Of a stretch of DNA of 64,000 nt, positions 23,201 through 27,882 are shown one piece after another (the stretch's first letter is position 1; each line of letters starts with the position of its first letter). Under the pieces are notes generated by a model. It worked only from the letters and a program-made list of their open reading frames with translations, made no database searches and had not been told where the DNA came from. A program made the position numbers and the translations under genes. The stretch lies in IMG/VR virus record IMGVR_UViG_3300031963_000004, positions 124,001 to 188,000 of that record; one strand, given 5' to 3'.

Positions 23201-23993
23201 TCGGTGTATCAGAAATTAAGTCAACATAATTTTCACCAGAAAAAATCCACTCATCCTGATCAGATGCTTGTGGCACAGTGAATTCGATTATACCGGCATT
23301 TGCACCATTATTTTCAACACCATAAATTTCTCTAGATGTTACATTAGGTCTAATAGGATTTTTACCATTTATACCAGGATCAGTCTGTATCCAAAAGTTA
23401 CTATTTTGATTTACTATAAACTTGTATGTGCCGCCACGAACTAATTTTAGTGTAGGATTACTTTGAGGTATTCTTTTAAAATTTTCTCTTACGGCATAAA
23501 CTGATGAATCTGATATGATTGTAAAGTCGGCTTCACTGTTTACTGTTTCTGTTGTGACTGGTACCTGATCAGGACCGTCAGGTAACCAATAATACTGACT
23601 AAAATTTACAACCTTATCTAAGTCTACAAAACTATCCCAACTATAAAATTCATTTCTAAATAATAAAGAATGGTTATCAGTAATACCATTTTGTGTTTTG
23701 ATAGCATCAATTAATCCAGGGTAGCTTATAAAATCTTTTGCTACAGAAGTCTCTGGTTTAGTAAAGACAACTCCGGGTTCTAATTGATAATTCTGTCTTG
23801 TTGAATTAGGTTCTTTAACATATACGGCATTGGGATCAATACCATATTCAAACTTTCTTCCAATATATCCTTCGACACGTTGTGTGTTAGGTGTCTGAAC
23901 CAATTGGTCTAATGTCGCGCCTAAAAATTCTTCATTAGGCTTGGTTCTAAAAATCTCAGGAAGAAAATCTAAAGTTCTTACTTTATTAACCAT
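8253..23993 (-). CDS. Giant (5246 aa) baseplate wedge protein, gp7-like, with beta-propeller and carbohydrate-binding-like modules
   Basis: Follows gp6; N-terminal LDFLPEIFRT; IKPYH motif; FG-GAP-like repeats (FGHALD..LLVGAP, FAVGAP); S.DG..W propeller repeats; W...Y..GD.V...G..Y.A modules. Confidence 0.75.
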   Translation of the reverse strand: MVNKVRTLDFLPEIFRTKPNEEFLGATLDQLVQTPNTQRVEGYIGRKFEYGIDPNAVYVKEPNSTRQNYQLEPGVVFTKPETSVAKDFISYPGLIDAIKTQNGITDNHSLLFRNEFYSWDSFVDLDKVVNFSQYYWLPDGPDQVPVTTETVNSEADFTIISDSSVYAVRENFKRIPQSNPTLKLVRGGTYKFIVNQNSNFWIQTDPGINGKNPIRPNVTSREIYGVENNGANAGIIEFTVPQASDQDEWIFSGENYVDLISDTPISELHGKKLSEVLSKYPKGLIDGINQIREKRVIFLNYKPGQSVELPTPYDLYSLEEKEFDDAPKTIPNNNYYKIRFLQLDNDFIISVDEDGELPIAEKIIATNGRKYVSQEFVRLPVGEIAKIPIITAPLDTLYYQDESTPNKVGTIKLLDAKVNNAINIETDVLGKKNYTGPNGVQFTNGLKVKFVGNIIPAPYKTGSYYVEGVGTSIKLIKAEDLNIVEPFGQLIYTIYDNEGFDTLRYGGRTSMPAQKDYITINRSAINKNAWSRSNRWFHIDVLKATAEYTSGDVVLAALNNRENRANRPILEFYPELKLFDSGTIGKGYVDFIDNTTTDVMNSNPTIGVVGRTEYYPDGNQYKAIQGSRVIFANDSDPNVRNKIFIINFASINETQEPTIVLTKAADGDIQDLDQVYVNFGTANSGKSFYFDKGYWNQAQQKTYVNQPPLFDIFDKNNISLADKDFYPGSNFIGCTLFEFKPGVGENDPVLGFPLAYSSVANIGDISFRISLNEDVFKYSLMTGPVTEKVSIGYPHRYTDRYEFTRELGWVKTVGESFQYQAYNFTYNPILRQNSFTCNAVAIDQNDSPWPVIKVSVNENILTSDQYTVTKTDKETIVTLLNPPVTESPVEVLIHSEGPLGEGAYYTIPINLSSNPFNTPIASLSLGDIRNHYQTIFVNSQQLTGQVFGSNNYRDAGNLITYGDKIIQNSAPLIYAAACLRNKNFNLFDSLTYSANEYVNFKLLITSIIETVEYSGESASDLLDLALQQIASYKDQNTSFFWSDMIPSRAPFAANTYAFNAFIDTSFFPLSKIYDFSKASYDGILIYLTKETESETRITQLLRNRDYTISQDEPKVIITLDLEPGDKITIKEYNQTYGSFVPNTPTKLGLYPLFEPKVVYDDTYVFPAYFIQGHDGSYTRIYGKVSKEGTLLDFRDRVLFEFECRVYNNVKLNVNTFVSNDDVLSGYFRKTDFTYEFTKNLYTTYFLNWIGQHRVDYKTQYFLPDNQFTYNFDQCKFKLDGEGFKQGNWRGIYLHLYDTTTPHKSPWEMLGFVSKPSWWDERYGAAPYTYDNKILWEDLENGVVYNDGDSYTIPTRKRPGLSKIIPVDSRGNLRNPLDFLTIGTDQPTYDRGWNAGDYGPQEFSYCKSSTYPFDLIKILAIARPAKFFALTQNLDAYNKNAEFNQWLINDRSRITTSFVDYGSGKAQHGYINWIVDYVQSFGLNGNATFKELLNNLDVRLVYRMAGFSDKDLLKFYLEKSSAGSKSNSLLIPDGSFALMLYENEPYDRVIYSSVIVQKTNKGFKVYGNSQNKSYFVQYTPNYNGRYKNITVLETTIYVSENFYKNEIIVPYGSEFVSLEALSEFIINYGRYLEDQGMKFTNIEEGIEINWQQMIAELIYWNLTGWEAGSTININPSANGLVIDKENAIVQPLTLFQQNYALNQNLVPIQLKDLVISRKGTEFTLQTLNTGDSVSYFTANMSTIEHGIVFDNYTQFNDTIYNPITGLRQHRILMKGTKTAEWKGTLDTYGFILNQDNIKDWQSNQRYIKGEIVYYKNSYWMAADRIAAEATFNQTKWIKTDYEKIQKGLLPNASNRSLESELYYDTTNTNLESDANLLAFGLIGYRPRDYLNASNLDDISQVNVYKNIISEKGTRLIADAVQNITLTTGKISYDVYENWALKVSEFGGVENENFVEFIFDETKLTGNPAIVGIVDKMIIPNVMQSIPLNSVINYGRPFSENKIAPVIKANYIEKLPSAGYVHFDDVRVTGYSISSLKNNPITANDVNMDDYIWVADEKDDWLVNTAISISEKNSTVKVVEAVNNLDGTITLRFENQHNLVLGNHFILLKFDYRVDGYYEVKNVTTLDTIVIEVTLPNNVLSIVGEGIVAKFQNQRVSTPSSINNLQLINSGFSKAKVWVDEDTDGTWAVYQKNINYIKQDIVKPNSTGTFGSAIAHHSKLGYFVSDAAQGKIYRYQPDDFEKSKYRANEVIDKFLGVTIGAGFGTQIAIAQDTMIVTKPGTNSTIYVYQIKRTRTGNYVEKPAITINSQRVGDSIALSGDANWLYASSHTVSGNFVRTYKKTAAQTYEFVKTYNLGGDLQDFSKITLSTNYNGSKLFIGAPLKNYGTSPNQIVNVGMAAVLNRVIEKIDVKRDYVEDTEVYYNLSVSAPTTDHYLDVFVNGKLIENTKYQITVAGLQFLYDLKAGDVIEISYPDLFKTQEFQLTNLAEIRPGNAFGHALDTNRHGSELLVGAPFFVSENNLEGLVVRYTNYGKKYGIIQATNNYSLASSSKILINGYQVTLPTNLLGAVNAINDANITNVYARVVDNKLVIGLVDPNLGPIEEKLTIQALNSTTLQQIGILEYQESQRISDPENVEGASQFGFSIKFNEYNSFAVGAPTSTRKSLTTFDFTDDLDTTNDTIFDNNYTKFVDELGSAGSVYIYDYLANHNESADKLGKFVYSQAANDTTLDIGANPHYGKVIEFKDYNLIIGCPDYKPGVDNGRIVFYENKQNLRNWHVLRKSNDVIDVNRLQNIQIFNAENNERIESLDYIDPLQGKLLGIVTENIDYISSQDPAGYNSQLTTGNLVWGDAFVGKIWFDTSTTKFLNYHQEDVLYNAQNWGKIFPGSTVTIYTWIESNVLPVNYQGPGTPYNIEYYTSLYNVDNSGALTNKYYYWVRSTNILSSDKTLPDSILEQYITDPQSSGIGYFAALQNNVYGLFNAIDSIKGKSTGLHIGFTDKIKKDDSYNEFKLIKDGNPNDFLPGVPSAYTAFEMPESLYDKLLDSLSGIDERGNLVPDIHLPKLLQQGIKVRPRQSFFSNRLKALENYCKYVNSVLIKHPISEILTPSFIGESNKESVPKGAPGFLTTSGEFFNTPDYWEHVYWWADGYNNNTKPDVEVLKYYDLATLNPFENMLAGVTTNSDGKREVYLYTNGDWVRVGLEQGTIQIKESLWNYEILGLGFGNTFYDTDSFDVFPHTETRYIVRSVTEEIFTNELLIHRNKSLITLFEYIISEATSTNCYLTWLNKTSLVDVTNTLRELKADLNYRSDNQDFLQGYLKEIKPYHVVMKEFAIKYTVNDTYDGQLTDFDLPAQYDFNLGKFITPNLTFFPVTAVGEFGPTDAIWNRSIYFDWLDNYGLSLTGQKSVTIGSLTKYITPVSETIYIDNAYGLPVNGVVKINNEYIGYAGVDRDAGKLTFVSRGLRGSVASDHNPNSKVIIDLPEVVVLNTGRNYIDVPTVIAYIDTTRYPAPLREAVLEPIMADDKVVGVKVVDSGAGYAATPEIIIQASKTFKFNSSVVNFLVNSINIDSVDLNTGDVVRFVHGEGNPIKGLANKKYYHVRVLWKDEVFGAKSIIALYSTAVNAQLDNHRIDLIDTGSSTDNKLELTARAVAVASNTPTREISTKLKFDRTSYVSKVTEWKSGEFYASEFSPSGDESSTSSISASGSTLSSVQHRVFDIQEVTLEEGTNEVAVSIDYTGSSLSPGQLKGLPLYFYVVPPTYMYPQHVKVKDIIIGNQYKILSLGDTNWNFMAGTTGLTYNVGDSIKPVVRGMGTGVVTAFLAPNNLEYDKWYVIAELGDTRWDLIAQTEGIIYQVGNRIWIEDLSPSNFGSTPGKAIEEGHALIKFYRPNFVFNKVYNEYFVEVFNKGTIYNVGDKITVDGVYLGGVSGANDATIKVVYTQANKMELYELSGLAVGAFKQYYVKPINQTQLKVYHDAPMVRPVIASQVWKGNKSYKRGDIVLANGKYYRAIADVEPTTVSARSIVKDKSYYVKTVGLIDWTVIGADTANELAGTEPFTATANGNIFINASAFVYLNEFNPAGYVRLEDNPFPFDNNSYMYLPEPVQLTSGYSRTTSSIVSLNNRLYKCLVSNNDTEFDFDKWQVLDSNKEELNALDRIVGFYQPTTNMPGKNLPLLLTGVDYPNNTYYSNKFDENYTLDTQLKDQPFYPKDIKIRSVLWDNEKYLAVADGRDYSMILLSYDEGITWQIKRISADVLEVSDVIHSGTHYVLTTRKPSNPVFISYDGLSWLGLGSYTPYDKVDFDEPGEAWDSSSLTAPSGGLYNVASHNDFYVAAGDQLVASTDAYAWDSVYSFQSRTEARANYIDYINSEFYAGFIAVGYGLDVIEDPTEEVSAQVTTIGRVLLSENGRAWTPIYPHPTNNGLNTVVGGPEMIVLGGDNGTVLYSTNMQNIFAGTIEGDTITDNILAGCYAANTFVFVGQNGLILVSYDGMSWSKITSGTNQNLNSVTHDGQHFLAVGNNATILRSWEGLVWQNVSAIGGANTFYEVKGDPFTSGYGPEEMVPGAITDQFSMTVITRSGSTWNPEVYQHNGYKVIGNKVSPNGVEIDFSNFSQAPAQLALSIMDPLSNLSKMIHPNVTPTDNNEYTYSVDWIQKKITLNKEIRETEIILVEVYEFGNGNQLVRATSDDIPVTIDESTGHSQIVFNIKYEELLTADPAVYINGEKKTFTNDYVIASTDNGRTKLLFDRVYDTTVNFISFVLFGSTVQNYGYSLPETQVFEFDSTGQTGLALDYQLIENENDYIPRIVRVNGLELPITDYTITIGPVSTLAIIPTLNEGDIISITTFNDTREQYFLQESISTLRVTPLLAVAIDKDVVYLYITTETDEDPGLTTGDLIQIDGISGTNQLNNNTYYMKLETKFSETFTEYDDEGTETSYTKDVYPITLWFNDSLSRPVTSRFLSEYVGGGFVWKYEDTHVIPQTIDISDKTRLNVSVNGIRLGSDGLRLNDGNYLSILADIKPDDVIMITSMVSSATPNEMIYVNEVDKNGDQFIYRANSSNRTWLTENLEPLQDVIHVKDVSKLIDIVEDTYIVVADSDRLLVRIIYDLETIKETEVYNETTLSKLNSSDFTLLTNNSVAYLVFRNGVSEGDQINVVMRLGDTINVNGEKIRYSKVDYQNNTISNLKRGIQGTAINKMHLKYSSVVGITPSNTLFNFYYNRSWNSEIYNDTAGDPLQISDSAPAKFLQQGTK

Positions 23994-24007
23994 TTAATTA
24001 TCCGTAC

Positions 24008-27000
24008 TTAATTAATCTGTGTAAGGGCTGAAATTACCACTACATCTGTTGCTTGTGCTGCGTTGACAAATATCTCATATGGAGCTGAACGAATTTCATA
24101 CAAAGTACCAAACGTAGCATTAGGGTCGTTAGGTGTCAATACTATTGAGCTTATTAATGTACCTAACCTTCTATGTAAATACGCACTTAATTCGCTGAAG
24201 TAAAATGTATCTCCAAAATTCCAATTAGCTATATCAAAATAAGTATTAATTTCATTAATTACAGCTATTCTTATTTCACTATCACTTGCTGATGCATTAC
24301 TATTTTTAATTACTTTAAATGTTGCCTGTAAATTAGATGGTGCTTTGTCACCAAATAATGGTTTAAACTTAACGCTATTTAGAACCACAGTATCGCTCAA
24401 CATTTTATAATCATCAATTTTGCTATATGATTGTTTAAGTTCTACAATACTTGGCATTGACGGTTCTTTGATTGTGCCAGTTGAATCTTTAATCCAATTC
24501 TGATATCTTGTATAATAGCTGTTAGTTACCAAATATAAATCAATTATATTTGTAGTTGCTGGATTAATTCTTGTTGTGTTGCTACTATTATGTCTGTAAT
24601 GAAAGTATAATCCTTGACGACCATCATAAGCTTTGTAATTAGTAACCTGTGCAAGTAATAATATATTAGCAGAGGTTGTATCTTCTATCGTTTTGAAAAA
24701 TTTATTTTCACCGTATGCGTAGAACATTTGTCCTACTGGGTATTCATACTTTACTACAGCAATTTGATTTTCCGTAGGATAAGCATAGACGATGTCCTTA
24801 CTTGCAACTAATTCAAACTTACTCAATAAGTTAACATCTATAATTTGTCTAGTAAACACGAACTTATCTGTGTTGTTAACTCCAACTTGATAACCTGTAA
24901 TATTAGTAAAGAAGTCAGGATCTGCTAATAATCTACTGCTCGTTGGGTCAAAACTACATACTTCAACACTATAATCGTTAGGATATCCGTCTGTCTCAAT
25001 AGTCTGACCAACAACTGCCAATGCAATATCTTCTGCCATTGAATAGTTGTTGTTAGGTAGTGAATTAGCCTTTAATACTTTAATCATATCATATAACAGT
25101 TTACCTGTTAATGGGTCATAGATTACTTTGGTTCTGTCGTAAGTAAATCTTGTGTCCTTTACACTACCAAAATAATATGACAATGCTTTGTTTGTGACTT
25201 CATACTTACCCTCACCCAAACTTTTAAATTTAACAAAAGCGTTCGCATTGTCAAAATTTCTAATGAACCAACGACTTACATTAGACGTAAGGCTATTGTC
25301 AAAAACCAAACTGAAACTTTGTCCGATGTTTACTCTAGCAATTGCGCTTTGTATAACATCGTTTGGTACCATATTATCAAACGCTGGTATAATTTCTTCT
25401 AATAATGCCCCATTGGGTATATGTTCGTTTAAAGTTACAGGACCTAAACCATTATACAAATCACCTTTACCACCATTATATCCATCGTCTACGACATTTA
25501 ATACTGTAGTCCAAATATGTGTTTTGCTGCTAGGTGTCGCTAATCCTGCTACTAATCTACCTTCATCAAAGAAATATCCTGCAGGTGGAACAAACTTAAC
25601 GTATGCACCAGTTGTGAAGTATTTTAAGTTATCACTTGTGAATACACCAACTGGAACTGGTTCATTATCTACTGTAAAATGTCCAGTTATCTTTGAACCC
25701 TTATAAGACGTTAACTTCCAAATTGGCTTTAATACAACAGGTGATCCACCTATTATTCTATTAAAAATAACTTTGTATTTAGGATAATTTGTAATATAAT
25801 ATTGTATCGCCCTATTACTTGATAATACTTTTAGAATTTTGTTTGTTAAAAAGGCTACTAATGTGCCTGCACCTCTTTCAACAGTGAATTCACTAAAGTC
25901 ATCTTTTTCGACTTTATATAGAGCGCCATCGTGACTAAAACTACTTGTGCTACTATACTTTCCTGTAGGATCAAGTAAGTCTAAGTTTCTGCTTGTACCA
26001 ATACTGCTTCTGTTTAATGCTTTACTTTTAATAATAGAGTTATACAATGTAAATGGGAAAACATTATAATCTTCCCCATTAACCATACGATTTTGTGTAT
26101 AATAGCGTGTTGGTGCTTTTAGTTTAATATCTTCTAATGTTTCTCTTGATTGAGCATTTGAAATGGTTGATGTTAATGTTAACACCATAGTCATAGTTTC
26201 GTTTCTACCTAACTTACTAACATAGGTAAATGAAATTTGAACATTTTGCATTTCACTAGGATCAATCGTATATGTTAAAGCATTACTTGAACGAATAAAT
26301 GCTTTGAAGTTTCCTAATGGAATTTCACCAAATACACCGTCACCAAAAGTATATGTTACTTGGTCGTTGAATCTAGATTTTACGCTAAAAAATTTTCTAT
26401 CTTCGGAATTATAATTGCTGTACGCACTTGCATACACACTTTCTACTTGCTTCCACTCACTTAATTCTAATGTAGTTGGATCCACTTTAAACAACCAAGT
26501 ATCAGTTTCATTTATACCCTGTATGTCGATATCGACCGCTTGGTTAGCTATCTGTTGATCCGTTGTAAAATCAAATGTTTGAAGGGTGCCCTGCTTAAAG
26601 TATATAAAGAAGCCTGTGTTTGCGCTTCCATAGCCCAAATTATCATTGCGATATATTATGTTAAATTTGCCTGCTGGGTTAGGAGTTTGTTCATAGATAT
26701 ATTCTTGTCCCAAACTTGTGACATTAACCGCTTCAAAGTTCATGTTGGTACTTTGAACTCTGGCAGTAAATGGTATTACTGGAACGGCTGTAGTTGGAAT
26801 TTGTACCGTATATTCTTGCGTATCTATACCTAAAATAGTCTGTCTGTTGCCGGGACGACCAATTTTTTGAGTTCCACGCAATGAAGCATTGACTACTGTA
26901 TTGAACTGTTCTTGCCAATTGGTATTAGCCGGATCATTCCAAATAACAGGAATACCAGCTAAGTTAAATCCATTAATATCAGATATATTTTCTGTGGTCT

Positions 27001-27370
27001 GTACGCTGGTAACTTTTAAATACCCTTGAGCCGGCGTATTTCTTTTAGGATTATATCCAACTAGATTAGCTAATTTAATAATACTATCTCTGCGTTCAGC
27101 AGTATCGATAAAGTTTTCTCTAGTATTTAGGTCGTTTCTAAACGCTAATGCTTGCCCCATAAAGGCAATAACGTCAAGCAAAGCGATGTATTCTGAGCTT
27201 TCTGTATAATCGTTGAAGGTTTCAGGATACTGTGTTCTAAGGTAGTCTACGAAACTCTTTCTTAATGTTTCGTAATCATAACTTTGAAAGTCTGCCTGAC
27301 TAAAGGTTTGGTATACTGCTTTCCAATCGTTAGCACCAAAGATAGCGGTTTGTCTAGAACTTGTGGCCAT
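24008..27370 (-). CDS. gp6: Baseplate wedge protein, T4 gp6-like
   Basis: SYDYETLR...FNDY.ESSE..ALLD...RENFIDTAERRDSI..LA..VGYNPKR; FGDGVFG; ETLEDIK..AP..Y.TQNRMV..EDY. Confidence 0.85.
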   Translation of the reverse strand: MATSSRQTAIFGANDWKAVYQTFSQADFQSYDYETLRKSFVDYLRTQYPETFNDYTESSEYIALLDVIAFMGQALAFRNDLNTRENFIDTAERRDSIIKLANLVGYNPKRNTPAQGYLKVTSVQTTENISDINGFNLAGIPVIWNDPANTNWQEQFNTVVNASLRGTQKIGRPGNRQTILGIDTQEYTVQIPTTAVPVIPFTARVQSTNMNFEAVNVTSLGQEYIYEQTPNPAGKFNIIYRNDNLGYGSANTGFFIYFKQGTLQTFDFTTDQQIANQAVDIDIQGINETDTWLFKVDPTTLELSEWKQVESVYASAYSNYNSEDRKFFSVKSRFNDQVTYTFGDGVFGEIPLGNFKAFIRSSNALTYTIDPSEMQNVQISFTYVSKLGRNETMTMVLTLTSTISNAQSRETLEDIKLKAPTRYYTQNRMVNGEDYNVFPFTLYNSIIKSKALNRSSIGTSRNLDLLDPTGKYSSTSSFSHDGALYKVEKDDFSEFTVERGAGTLVAFLTNKILKVLSSNRAIQYYITNYPKYKVIFNRIIGGSPVVLKPIWKLTSYKGSKITGHFTVDNEPVPVGVFTSDNLKYFTTGAYVKFVPPAGYFFDEGRLVAGLATPSSKTHIWTTVLNVVDDGYNGGKGDLYNGLGPVTLNEHIPNGALLEEIIPAFDNMVPNDVIQSAIARVNIGQSFSLVFDNSLTSNVSRWFIRNFDNANAFVKFKSLGEGKYEVTNKALSYYFGSVKDTRFTYDRTKVIYDPLTGKLLYDMIKVLKANSLPNNNYSMAEDIALAVVGQTIETDGYPNDYSVEVCSFDPTSSRLLADPDFFTNITGYQVGVNNTDKFVFTRQIIDVNLLSKFELVASKDIVYAYPTENQIAVVKYEYPVGQMFYAYGENKFFKTIEDTTSANILLLAQVTNYKAYDGRQGLYFHYRHNSSNTTRINPATTNIIDLYLVTNSYYTRYQNWIKDSTGTIKEPSMPSIVELKQSYSKIDDYKMLSDTVVLNSVKFKPLFGDKAPSNLQATFKVIKNSNASASDSEIRIAVINEINTYFDIANWNFGDTFYFSELSAYLHRRLGTLISSIVLTPNDPNATFGTLYEIRSAPYEIFVNAAQATDVVVISALTQIN

Positions 27371-27394
27371 ATGTATTTCTTCTGTTTATCAATA

Positions 27395-27402
27395 TATTTA
27401 TC
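27395..27402 (-). promoter_or_regulatory. Late promoter (GATAAATA)
   Basis: Recurrent motif upstream of gp6. Confidence 0.5.
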
Positions 27403-27422
27403 TATGCTGAAAACCCGCATTT

Positions 27423-27878
27423 TTACAGCATTATTGCGGTTGTGCTTCTCTCGTCAAATTGAATTGTTAGTATTTCTACCATATTTTGAGGTCTAATTGC
27501 TATCTCTGCTTCTACGATAATTATATTTTCTCCTGAACTTGAACTAACTTCAACTCTGTTTACTGCAACTCTAGGATCCTGTTCAATAATTCTGCGAACT
27601 TCATATTCCACCTGTGCTTGTACATCAGCAGTGTTTGGTTCGTAAATCATATTATAAATTGCTGTGCCGTATTCAGGTCTACCTGGCTTAGATCCTTGAG
27701 GGATATTAAAAGCATTCAATAAGTCTCTTTTTACTAGATCATTATCAGTAAGCCTAAATTTGTTAGACGCAGGCGCTACTGGCCTACGCAAACCCATATC
27801 CTCAGTGACCCCTGTGGGTATATTTACATCTCTAGGTTTATTTGTATGTTGCGTTGAAAATCCTACGTAGTAAGCCAT
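27423..27878 (-). CDS. gp25: Baseplate wedge subunit, T4 gp25-like
   Basis: LVKRDLLNAFNIPQGSKPGRPEYGTAIYNMIYEP...IIEQDPRV (gp25/GPW family pattern). Confidence 0.85.
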   Translation of the reverse strand: MAYYVGFSTQHTNKPRDVNIPTGVTEDMGLRRPVAPASNKFRLTDNDLVKRDLLNAFNIPQGSKPGRPEYGTAIYNMIYEPNTADVQAQVEYEVRRIIEQDPRVAVNRVEVSSSSGENIIIVEAEIAIRPQNMVEILTIQFDERSTTAIML

Positions 27879-27882
27879 AATT

